From Alphaproteobacteria bacterium (GTDB lineage Bacteria > Pseudomonadota > Alphaproteobacteria > UBA828), in assembly GCA_963422645.2 (NCBI GenBank), contig CAXXVO010000016.1, positions 1 through 56,734 on the forward strand: a DNA stretch of 56,734 bases. The letters are read 5' to 3'. A program made the translations under genes and the position numbers. How positions within the stretch are numbered: position 1 is the first letter of the stretch; each line of letters starts with the position of its first letter. The notes below the pieces were generated by a model. It had not been told where the DNA came from. It saw only the letters and a list, made by a program, of their open reading frames with translations, and searched no databases. Below, one piece after another: positions 39,201 through 48,510 of this stretch.

Positions 39201-40836
39201 CCGAGACCGACATTCCCGAGATGGGCATGTCGGTCTTTTCCTTTTCGGTTCCGGTTTCCGTCCACTCCAGAATCCTGCCGAGCTCACCACGTAGCGTGAC
39301 TTGGAGTTCGCCGCGCTTTCCGCCGGGCGTCAGAACGATCCCGTCGATCAATCCCCGGATCGCAGCCGCGGCCGCATCGCGCTCTTCCGGCTTGCCAAGG
39401 GCTTTGGCGAGACGCCCCACCTTGCGGCGATAGACGCCGGAGACGTTCGGGTGGATGTCCGGGAGTTCGAGAGGCGCGGTTGCAAGGCGATCGTTCAGCT
39501 CCGCCTTTCGAACTTCGAGCTTGTGCAGCCGTTCCTTGAGCACGGCACTGTAGGCGCCATCCTGGATGGCGTCGACGACGCCGTCGATTTTCTTCTCGAT
39601 GTCTGCGAGCTCCTTGCGTTCCGCCTCGCTTGAGGCACTGCGCTCGCGGTTGAGCCGGTTGGTCTCCTCCGCCCACGCGCGCACCGCCGCGTCGGCAGCC
39701 TCGGGCGCCATCAGGTGGTCCTTGAGACCGACCAGGACGCGCTCCTCGAGTTCGGTGCGGCGAATACCCCGGCTGTTCGAGCAGCTGTCGTTCATGACGT
39801 GGTTGGAGCAGCCGTAGCGGTCCTGCCCGCGCATGGAATAGGGACCGCCGCAGACGCCGCATTCCAGGAGGCCCGAGAGCAAGTGGCGGGGCCGGTGGGT
39901 GCCGTTCAGGCGATTGGCGCGCGCACTGCGCGTGGCCTCGATGACGGTCGCGTACTTTGCGGTGAGTTCCTCCTGCCGGTCCTTCACCGCCTGCCAGAGC
40001 TCATCGTCGATGATGCGGAGCTCGGGAACCTCGGTGATTATCCACTCCTCGCGCGGATTGATCCGCGAAACCCGCTTGCCGGTCTCCGGGTTCTTGACGT
40101 AGCGCAGCCGGTTCCAGACCAGGCGCCCGATGTAGAGCTCATTGTTGATCAGCCCGGTGCCGCGCTTGACCTGGCCGCGGATGGTGGAGTCCGTCCAGAG
40201 CTTGCCCGAGGGGCAGGAGAATTTCTCGGCGTTGAGGCGCCTGGCGATCGTCCGTGGGCTGACGCCCGAGGCGAAGTCCCGGAATACGCGCCGCACGACG
40301 TTGGCTTCGGCATCGTTGATCGTGCGCTCACCCCGCACCGGCTCGCCGGCGGCATCGAAGGTCGTGACGACATCGTAGCCGTAGCACAGCCCGCCGCCGG
40401 AGCGGCCCTTCTCGACCCGGCCGCGCAACCCGCGGTGGGTCTTGGCCGCGAGGTCCTTCAGGAACAAGGCGTTCATCGTGCCCTTCAGGCCGACGTGGAG
40501 TTCGTTGACCTCGCCTTCGGACAAGGTGACGATCATTACGCGGGCGAACTGAAGGTGCTTGAACAACGCCGAGACGTCGGCTTGGTCCCTGCTCATCCGG
40601 TCCAGGGCTTCCGCCACGACGACGTCGAACGCGCCCGAGCGGGCATCCGCCAGCAGCGCCTGGATACCGGGGCGCAGGATCATGCTGTCGCCGGAGATGG
40701 CCGCATCGCGGTAGGTGTCCACGACCGTCCAGCCCGCCCGCTCCGCGTGCTCCCGGCAGATCCGGAACTGGTCCTCGATCGAGGCCGCGCTCTGAAGGTC
40801 CGAGGAGTAGCGCGCGTAGAGGGCGGCGCGGATCAT
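39157..40836 (-). CDS. Large serine recombinase (integrase)
   Basis: 'YARYSS' catalytic Ser, 'EALDRMSR', recombinase domain, Zn ribbon 'CGVCG'; C-terminus 'VAGVGFEPTTFRL' is the antisense of the tRNA fragment. Confidence 0.93.
   Translation of the reverse strand: MIRAALYARYSSDLQSAASIEDQFRICREHAERAGWTVVDTYRDAAISGDSMILRPGIQALLADARSGAFDVVVAEALDRMSRDQADVSALFKHLQFARVMIVTLSEGEVNELHVGLKGTMNALFLKDLAAKTHRGLRGRVEKGRSGGGLCYGYDVVTTFDAAGEPVRGERTINDAEANVVRRVFRDFASGVSPRTIARRLNAEKFSCPSGKLWTDSTIRGQVKRGTGLINNELYIGRLVWNRLRYVKNPETGKRVSRINPREEWIITEVPELRIIDDELWQAVKDRQEELTAKYATVIEATRSARANRLNGTHRPRHLLSGLLECGVCGGPYSMRGQDRYGCSNHVMNDSCSNSRGIRRTELEERVLVGLKDHLMAPEAADAAVRAWAEETNRLNRERSASSEAERKELADIEKKIDGVVDAIQDGAYSAVLKERLHKLEVRKAELNDRLATAPLELPDIHPNVSGVYRRKVGRLAKALGKPEERDAAAAAIRGLIDGIVLTPGGKRGELQVTLRGELGRILEWTETGTEKEKTDMPISGMSVSVVAGVGFEPTTFRL
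39206..39245 (+). terminator. Terminator-like hairpin downstream of the tRNA 3' fragment
   Basis: ACCGACAT..ATGTCGGT stem followed by CTTTTCCTTTT. Confidence 0.5.
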
Positions 40837-40837
40837 G

Positions 40838-41038
40838 TCATCGCTCCTGTCGGTCTCCGGTCTCCTTGACCGGCGTATTGTCGTTGGCCGAAGCCTGTCG
40901 CTCGAACTGCTCGCGGGCGATCTGGCGCCCGAGCAGGCGCGCGATGGTCAGCACGGCGGACCGGACCCGGGCCTCCGCCGCGCCGTTGTCGTTGGCGGCA
41001 ACGCGGTCCCTGGACCGTCCGCTTCCGTTTCTTCCCAT
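40838..41038 (-). CDS. Small protein immediately upstream of the recombinase (possible directionality factor)
   Basis: 'VLTIARLLGRQIARE', two ANDN motifs; stop abuts the recombinase start. Confidence 0.55.
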   Translation of the reverse strand: MGRNGSGRSRDRVAANDNGAAEARVRSAVLTIARLLGRQIAREQFERQASANDNTPVKETGDRQER

Positions 41039-41254
41039 AACGCCCCGCCTCCCCGCAACACCGACCCGCATGGGAGACGATCTTTGGGACGAATAGGGCA
41101 ATGTCAAGGGTTTTAATCTTTAGTATCAACGAGTTAGAGGGACATATGGGCATCCCTGCATCGCAGTGCAGCGCATGGCCGCGGGTGCCGACGATCAAGA
41201 ATGTTGATGCCGGATTGCCGCAAACCATGCCGAGGGGCGCTTCTCCGGGGACAA

Positions 41255-41530
41255 TCATCGTGGTGTCCGCCGATAGGCGTCTCGCCGGTGCGTGACACGA
41301 ACCACCAGCACGACAAGCTCCTCGTCCCGGACTTCGTACACGACGCGATAGTCCCCCACCCTGAGCCGCCGCAGACCCCGCAGACCCCGCAGGTCGCCCT
41401 TCAGCGCGGCACCGAGATGAGGGGTCTCGGCCAACCGGTCGATCGCGGCGACGATGCGCGTCCGGTCCGCCTTGGCCACCCGCCTCAGCTCCTTGGCTGC
41501 GCTCTCCTTAATCCGTATCGAGTAGCTCAC
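41255..41530 (-). CDS. RelE/ParE-family toxin
   Basis: 'YSIRIKESAAKEL', 'RLRVGDYRVVY', 'HRRDAY'. Confidence 0.88.
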   Translation of the reverse strand: MSYSIRIKESAAKELRRVAKADRTRIVAAIDRLAETPHLGAALKGDLRGLRGLRRLRVGDYRVVYEVRDEELVVLVVRVTHRRDAYRRTPR

Positions 41531-41732
41531 GCCGGACCTGGTCCCAGTCCAGCACCGGATCCGTGGGATCGCGGAGCCGGTCGATGGCGGCGGAAAGATC
41601 GTCGAAGTCTTCGAGGTAGTGCTCGACGGCGAGGCGGATGACGTCCGCCCGACTGCGCCTGAGTTGTGTTGCGGCCCTGTCAAGGGCCTCCACTACCGGG
41701 TCCGGCAATCGCGCGGTGACCTGCAGGGGCAT
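41508..41732 (-). CDS. Ribbon-helix-helix antitoxin
   Basis: 'QVTARLPD...RSRADVIRLAVEHYLEDFDDL'; overlaps the toxin gene. Confidence 0.85.
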   Translation of the reverse strand: MPLQVTARLPDPVVEALDRAATQLRRSRADVIRLAVEHYLEDFDDLSAAIDRLRDPTDPVLDWDQVRRELLDTD

Positions 41733-41756
41733 GACGGTTCCAGGGTCATAAGAGTA

Positions 41757-41794
41757 AGTGACATTAATTTACATCACTCCAATTACCGGGTCAA
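41757..41794 (-). promoter_or_regulatory. Sigma70 promoter and operator of the TA pair
   Basis: Minus strand TTGACC-N17-TAAATT; AGTGA/TCACT inverted repeat flanks the -10. Confidence 0.6.
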
Positions 41795-41882
41795 TCTATC
41801 TTGGAAGCGAGACAGCCAGATTGACGGAACGTTGCCGACACTGCCTCCGCAGGTCAGAGGAGCACTCTCTGCCTCATTGCCG

Positions 41883-44800
41883 TCAGTGTCCCAAACGCTC
41901 GCGAACACCATCCTGATTGTCCCACCATTTCGCATCCCGGTCGTAGCTGACTGCGATTTGCTCAAGCATGTTCGCGGTGAAAGGGTGTTCAAAAGCCACC
42001 TCTCCGGACCAGTTTCGATACTGTTCTGAGAGCTTGCGTTCCTGGGCTCCGCCCTCGCCTCGCCAAGTCGCCCCGTGAGCGCTGTGGATACCGAAGATCA
42101 TGCCGATCGCGATTTTCTGAGATCCGATATCGTCTATGGCCTCGCGCACGGGCTCGCACGGCCAAATGCCGTCATCGCCGGGCGGGCAATGGGAAAGCAG
42201 TCGACCAATCATTTCATCGCCGATTTCTGCGCGGCCATGTTCGCGGGTGAGTGCGCGCAATTGCTTCAGCCAATCCCTTAGCCTCTTGAGATCAATGCTG
42301 CCATCGGCCTGGGTTCCGGGAATTCGGCTGGCAGTGGTGAGGAGCACGTAGCAGGCGTGCGCGATAGCGGAGCGGTTTTCAGAATTCGATAGCCGCCATT
42401 CTGCAGGGTCTTCTCCGCCATCGTCGCGCCTAAAGGCATGTGCGAGCGCATGTATGAACAGTGCCGGCGTCTCCGAGAGTTGCGCCTCCAGATTTCGAAT
42501 TCCGTGCTCGGTACGGTCAAGCGCCCCGATAAACATATACTCGAGCCGGGCAAGGTCGTCAGGGGACGTATCGCCCCGTTGTTCGAGCGTATCGAGTGCT
42601 TCCGAAACAGAGCGGCCATCAAGTCTGTAGTCGCTCGAAGGTTCCGCGCCATTGGTCGCAACTTCCGTCAACAGACGTATCAGCCGGGGAGAATCGACGA
42701 TTTGCCAATTCATGCGGGCGGCGTGGAATGCGGCGCGCGGCCGCCTCACTTTGAGAAGTTCGTCAATGAACCTGGCTATCTCAGGAGCATCATGGTGCCT
42801 CCAGAGGGGATTCACTTCCTTCCAATATCGCCGCCTCAGGCCATTGGGCAGCCGGTCAACGTGTTGCCAGGTGCCGCCGTCGAAAGGCGCGCAGCGCAGG
42901 AGGCGAATACGCGCATTCTTATCGGAGCCAAGGCGCGCGAGCAGCTCCGCGAGAGCGGCGTCACGGTCTGGCGTATCGAGCCTGGCCAGAAAACCGGCGA
43001 TGCACTGCCCGCACTTGTCCCGTAGCTCATCCGATTGCTCGGCCATGATGTCCTGGAGAAAATCCGTCCTCTGCTGAACCCCGGTGCAGATTTCGGCCAT
43101 GTGCCACCCCACCACGCGTGAGGCGTCGCCGGATCGGCACAGTTCCTTGATTCCGTCCGGCCCCGATTGCCCCCACACCTCCTGCAAGGCGTCACGTCGC
43201 TGGCGGGCAATGCGCTCCTCTCTTTTCTGGTAATCGAACTCTTCGTCCCCAAGCTCGTCAGCCGATTCATCCACCCACTCGCTGAGAAAAAGCCACTGAT
43301 GACGCGTTACGGCGTCTTGGGATTCGAGCAGCGCGCAAGCTTGGCGGGCACACTTCCTATCTGCGTCATCAAGTCGGCGGTGCCGGCTGAGCCGGGTTAG
43401 GACGCTGCACCGTATCCGCTCACGCAACGCCGCCTTCTTGCTGTCGGTAGGACCAGTGTCATTCCAGGCGCCAACAAGCTCCCACACTCGCTTGCGGTGG
43501 TCCGGACCTAGCGCCTTGAGGCGGCAGACCAGATCGCCGAGCGAATGCTCGTCGTGCGTCGACCAGCAAAGCGCAAGCTCTATCGCTTTACATTGACCCT
43601 GCCGCGCTTTGCCGCGTGTAATGACCTCTCCCGTGTCATTAGCGTCGGTGCGCCAGCGCGGCTTAGTACTGTAATCCCCGATGGTTGAACCCGGATTGAA
43701 TTGATCGACACAAACCTGCCAGCCGACCTTCGGGAACTTGTTGGTGAGCCGTTCGAGCGCCCGGTTGCGCTGGTCGAGTGAAGCGGCCGTCTGAGGCATC
43801 CATACCCGGAAGATCGATTTGAGCGTGTCCATGGGCTTGTTGGCCCAATTGTCATCGATCTGCCACGCGCACAGTCTTGCGAGAATAGACGTGACGCGGA
43901 CCAGCCGTTCCGGCTTCCAAGCCAGCAATTCGAGCGCCCACAGCATACCCGAGCGCGGACATTCGCCGAAAATCCCGGTATCCGCGGGCGCGAACAACGC
44001 GGCAATCTTCGGGTCCTCGCTGTCGAGGTCTGCTTCGATGATGCCAAGAAACGCATCCGGCGCGGCCTCGGCGTATTGTGGCAGATCGTTCTTCTGAGAT
44101 AGCCACGTTAACGTTGCTGAAGGGGTCAGCAGGCGGCGGACGACGCCACCAACAGCGGCCTCAAGGTCCATCCCGAGGCGCTCACCGACAAGGGCATTAC
44201 CATGCACGGCCAGAAGCACGAGCGTATCGCAGACGCCCGGACGGAGGGCGGACGAATGATCCCGGCTCTTTCCGTAGAGGTTCGCCGCCCACCGCTGGTC
44301 CTCCGGGAGCTCCAACGCGGGGTCTTGTTCAGACAGAACGATTTCAGCGACGAACAGGAAGTTCTCCAAGTCCTTCTTGGTGAGGGCTCGGTGCGTGGCA
44401 TCAAGCGCATCAATCTTGGAGACGACCCCGCGGAAATTGTCGATCGACCAGATCGGCGGTTCGTCCATTGTCTGGAGCTGAGCGATCGTTCTCTCCACGT
44501 CTTCGTAGGGCTTGTCGATCAGGCAGCGCAGTATTTCCTTGTCCGCATCGGCGCTGGAATCCCACGCGCCAACGAATATGAACGGGATCAGGGCCTGCGC
44601 GACATTGTTGTCGTTGGCCCAGGGCGGAAACTTCACGGCCTCAGCCTGCGCGAGGCGACGCCGGAGGATGGTTGGCGAACGCGCAGATTCCAGTGCAAGC
44701 TTGTCAATCTGGGTGTCGTCAAGTATAGTATCGTGCAGGGCCTCGCGGAACGGCTCATGGCCGAGCAGGTCAAGCGCGATGTTCGCGTCGTTTCTCACCG

Positions 44801-45968
44801 TATTGCGTCCGCGCACGATGATGGTGTGAGTTTTCTTCTGCAGTCCAGCGAGGGCCCGCTCGACATCAGACGAGGCAACGATCGCAATGAAGTTCGATGA
44901 TACCCTGGCGATGGTCCTGAAGGCCTCAAGGGAACGAATGACGATGGCACGCTCGTAGGCACCCGGGCATGTCTGTTCCAACCGTTCCAACCCGCAGCTC
45001 AGAAAGGCCAGAGCCTCCAGTGTCGAGTCGGCGGTAACGACGAAGGGGCTGGCCGGAGGTGCCTTCAGCCATGTCTCGAGCTGTTCCTGGGATCGTTCGG
45101 CAGCAGGAGTGAACAGCGTTTTCGGTAGCTCGGGCTCGGTAGCTCCCGCCCACTCAAGCCATATCCGATCCAGCGTTGTGACCTCCTGACCTGCGCCTCC
45201 CTGGAACTCCCGCATTCGGGTCTGCGCCGGGATCGACTGTTCCAGCCATTGTTCCAGGTCGCTGGCGTCGAAGGCGCGCACATCCTTCCATTCTCCCCGT
45301 GCGCTCTTGTCCTCGGCCCAGTTGTCTTTGCCGGTCCAGTTTCGCGGCGTCACAAACACGAACGTTGTAGATTTTCGTTCCTTGGCGGGAACGCTGGCGG
45401 TGCGGGTTCGATAGTCCGCCTCCGCCTTGGATTGGGGTGTGTTGCCGCATCCGAACTCCCAGCCGGATTTCCCGCACGGTATCCACGGAGTCGCCGATCC
45501 AGACGTGATCTGCCCGTCCCAGCCTTTCCGCTGGGAATTGTCGAAGGCCGGGAAATCGACCGCAGTCAGATTGCTGCCAGTCGTGTGCACCAGCGTGCGC
45601 AGCAGCGCCGGAAGCTGTGCACGCGCATCTATGGTATCCGCCCATGCGGCGACTTGACGGGCAGTAATCCCGAGAAATGCAGGCGTGTACGCGCGGACGA
45701 CGATATCGTCCTCGCGATCGCGCGCCTCGAATTCATCATACCGCGCCTGCATTTCAAGAAGCACTGAGGCGTCGGCGTGAAACGCCTTCTCGAACCGCAC
45801 GGCCATGTCGGGGGAAAGCGCGGCTCTGCCGTTCAGCAGATTGGATAAGGCAGGTCTGCCAACCTGAAGCATCCGGGCGGCCTTCGTCACCGAGAGTTCG
45901 GCGGGAAGAATCGATTGCTTGATGTGGGTTCCCGGATGGATCGGGGGCTTTCTCCGTAGCGATGTCAT
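41883..45968 (-). CDS. ~1360-aa HigA-type HTH fused to a restriction-endonuclease-like domain and a long helical region
   Basis: 'PIHPG...VTKAARMLQVGRPALSNLLNG...SPDMAVRFEKAF' HigA HTH; then 'GWDG', 'WEFG', 'FVFVTPR', 'DASDLEQWLE'. Confidence 0.8.
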   Translation of the reverse strand: MTSLRRKPPIHPGTHIKQSILPAELSVTKAARMLQVGRPALSNLLNGRAALSPDMAVRFEKAFHADASVLLEMQARYDEFEARDREDDIVVRAYTPAFLGITARQVAAWADTIDARAQLPALLRTLVHTTGSNLTAVDFPAFDNSQRKGWDGQITSGSATPWIPCGKSGWEFGCGNTPQSKAEADYRTRTASVPAKERKSTTFVFVTPRNWTGKDNWAEDKSARGEWKDVRAFDASDLEQWLEQSIPAQTRMREFQGGAGQEVTTLDRIWLEWAGATEPELPKTLFTPAAERSQEQLETWLKAPPASPFVVTADSTLEALAFLSCGLERLEQTCPGAYERAIVIRSLEAFRTIARVSSNFIAIVASSDVERALAGLQKKTHTIIVRGRNTVRNDANIALDLLGHEPFREALHDTILDDTQIDKLALESARSPTILRRRLAQAEAVKFPPWANDNNVAQALIPFIFVGAWDSSADADKEILRCLIDKPYEDVERTIAQLQTMDEPPIWSIDNFRGVVSKIDALDATHRALTKKDLENFLFVAEIVLSEQDPALELPEDQRWAANLYGKSRDHSSALRPGVCDTLVLLAVHGNALVGERLGMDLEAAVGGVVRRLLTPSATLTWLSQKNDLPQYAEAAPDAFLGIIEADLDSEDPKIAALFAPADTGIFGECPRSGMLWALELLAWKPERLVRVTSILARLCAWQIDDNWANKPMDTLKSIFRVWMPQTAASLDQRNRALERLTNKFPKVGWQVCVDQFNPGSTIGDYSTKPRWRTDANDTGEVITRGKARQGQCKAIELALCWSTHDEHSLGDLVCRLKALGPDHRKRVWELVGAWNDTGPTDSKKAALRERIRCSVLTRLSRHRRLDDADRKCARQACALLESQDAVTRHQWLFLSEWVDESADELGDEEFDYQKREERIARQRRDALQEVWGQSGPDGIKELCRSGDASRVVGWHMAEICTGVQQRTDFLQDIMAEQSDELRDKCGQCIAGFLARLDTPDRDAALAELLARLGSDKNARIRLLRCAPFDGGTWQHVDRLPNGLRRRYWKEVNPLWRHHDAPEIARFIDELLKVRRPRAAFHAARMNWQIVDSPRLIRLLTEVATNGAEPSSDYRLDGRSVSEALDTLEQRGDTSPDDLARLEYMFIGALDRTEHGIRNLEAQLSETPALFIHALAHAFRRDDGGEDPAEWRLSNSENRSAIAHACYVLLTTASRIPGTQADGSIDLKRLRDWLKQLRALTREHGRAEIGDEMIGRLLSHCPPGDDGIWPCEPVREAIDDIGSQKIAIGMIFGIHSAHGATWRGEGGAQERKLSEQYRNWSGEVAFEHPFTANMLEQIAVSYDRDAKWWDNQDGVRERLGH

Positions 45969-46043
45969 GGCGCATCCAATCCCGTCTTCAACGCAATCAG
46001 GCACTCAGGTTGAAACGGTGACCTGCTCTCCTGATGCACCTGC

Positions 46044-46083
46044 ACACACATAGAATTATAGTGTGTCGCGCGACGGGATACAA
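46044..46083 (-). promoter_or_regulatory. Sigma70 promoter with overlapping palindrome upstream of the HigA-fusion gene
   Basis: Minus strand TTGTAT-N17-TATAAT; ACACACATA-GAAT-TATAGTGTGT imperfect palindrome covers the -10. Confidence 0.65.
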
Positions 46084-46225
46084 GTGGATCATCTGAGCGG
46101 GGGCAGCCCTGCCTGTGGCCCCTCACGCAAGGCGGTGCCACGGAGTGCCGGCTGACAGCTACGGCAGTCGGCCAAGCCGCCTTCGTCATTCCGCGCACGG
46201 AGGCAGGATCGGCCGGCCGGCCGGC

Positions 46226-48510
46226 TCAGGCTTCCTCGAACCCGTGGATGGCGAATCGCAGCGTGCGGCAGTTCTCGTCGACGACCCGTTGCACGTCCCC
46301 GGAGACGCCCTCCGCCGTCTCGGCCTCGATCTCGACCGTGACCCGGACCTTCCCACCAGGCATCGTCGTCAGGTGTTGCAGGACCTCTTCGGCAACCTTG
46401 CCCATGTCGCGGCCGGCGCGATCCGGATCGATCTCGACCGTGCCGAAGAAGCGCCGCGGAAGGAGCGAAGGACGCGGCTCAGGGTCATACTCCGGCGGGT
46501 CCGACTCCCGAACTCCGCCAGACCCTGCATCGGATCCCGCATGCGGATCGGGCTCCCGGCGTTTCGTCTCCAGCCGCTCGGCCTCGATCTGCGCGCGTGC
46601 GGCGTCCGGTTTGACCAGAATGCTTGCCGCGTCGACATATACCGCGGCGGCCGGCGCGCCGAACGTCAGCCCCTCGTAGCGTCCGCTCTCCGACACGCTG
46701 GTTGCGTATGCAAAGTACTCCCCGCCCGCGATCCCGTCCTGGACTGCCTCGACGAAAACCGCCCGATCCCGCAATCGCGGCAGATAACAATAGGAAGCGA
46801 GCGCATCCCATACCGTCTTCGCCGAGACGTGATCCCGGTCGTTCCAGAACCAGCGGTCGAGCTCCATCCGGAGCAGCGCCGGCGACCAGCGGACGATGAC
46901 GTGTTCGGCGGCGCGCACGTGCCGGGACGCCCGGAGCAGGATCGACTCCCCGGCGCCCGCCGCCCGAAAGATATCCCAACCGAGCTCGCCGACATCGCCG
47001 TTCGCGACCGGCTGCGCCGGCGCCAGGAGCCAACGCCATGCCTCATCGAACCGGATGCGGACATTGCGGTCGCTCGCCTTCTCGCCGTCGGACGCCTCGC
47101 GCCTCTGGTGCGTGTCGAGATTGAGCGCCTCCTGGTCGCGGACCACCGACTGCCAGGCGAGGAAGCGCCTTGTTTCCTGCCGCAGGCCGTCCATCGCCTC
47201 GCGGTCCGCGGCGAGAAACACGAGTGCGTTGCGGTGCTGGCGCGGCGCCGTCCCACGGTAGGCGAGGATGTCGCCCGCGGCCTGCAGTGCGGCGCTCTCC
47301 GGGTCGGAGCTCCGATGGGGCGTGTCCGGCCGCAACACGACGAGTCGGCATTCCTGCTCGTCGGGCACGTCACCGGGCGACGCCGGACAGGCGTGCACGC
47401 CCCGGAACTCGCCCCGCTCGCGGCGGGCGGTCTCGCGCACCCGCCGCTCGATCTCGCCCTCGACCTCGTCATCCGCAACTTGCTGCGCGCGCTCCTCGAC
47501 GGTTCGCCGCAGGTTCGGCCGCGTGTCGTACCAGTAGCGCCGGTCCTTGCGGTAGAGATAGGTCAGCCGTTCGGAAAGCTGCGACAGGGCATCGTTGAAC
47601 ACCGAGACGGCCTCGCCCGGCTGCACCGCGCCAAGACGCACGCGCACGTCCTCGACGCCGCGCACCTGCTGCTGGACCACATGCGGTGCGCTGCCGAGGA
47701 AGATCGAGCGCGCCACGCGCCGCGCCGCCAGCGTCCGGCCGAAGCGCGGATTCCCGGAATCGATCCGTAACGGTCCCGAGTTGCGCCCGTCCACATCGCT
47801 TTCCAGCACCGAAGGCCAGCCCTCCGGCAGGTAGCGCGTCAGCTCCTCGCGCACCGCTACTGCGTCGAGGCCGAGCGCGCCGGGCAGGATCAGCAGGCTC
47901 GCGTCGTTGCGCACCCACAGATCGTGGATCACCGCCGCCATCAGGCGCAGCACCCCGCGCGTGCGCTGGAAGCGCTCGAGGGTCGCCCAGTCCGCGTAAA
48001 GCCGGTCGAACACCTCCGGATGGAGCGGGTAGCAGGACTTCATCCGCTCAAGATAGCGCGTTTCGCGGCATTCGCCCGGAAACGCGTCGCCCTCGTCGCG
48101 GTAGAGCTGGCTGAACGCGCGGCACACATCGTCGCGCGCCGGCTCGTCGTCGATCGGCAGGAAGAGCCGCCGGCGCACCACCTCGAAGCCCTCCTCGGAG
48201 CCGACCGGCTTCCAGATCGCCTCCATGCGACCGAAGGTATGTTCGATCCGCGCGAGGGTCTCCTTCCCCGCCTCGCCGCCGATCTCGATGTCGGACTCCG
48301 GGATCGTCGCCACCAGCGCCGTGTTCCTGCTCGCGCGCGCCGCCTCGGTGAGTTCCTGGATGAAAGTCTGCACGGCATCGAAGCTTCCCGCCGGCAGCCC
48401 TTCGGCGCCGGGCGGTACGCCCTTGCGGTCCGCGTCGCGCACATGGTCGTAGAGCTTCCGGTTGCCCGCTTGCTCCGCAAGCTGCGCGCCGATCTCGCCC
48501 CACAGCGTGC
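46226..48510 (-). pseudogene. DUF499-family ATPase, N-terminus removed at the IS66 boundary
   Basis: 'TLWGEIGAQL' at the junction, 'EVVRRRLF', 'YPLHPE', 'FQRTRGVLRLMA'; Walker A region absent. Confidence 0.8.
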
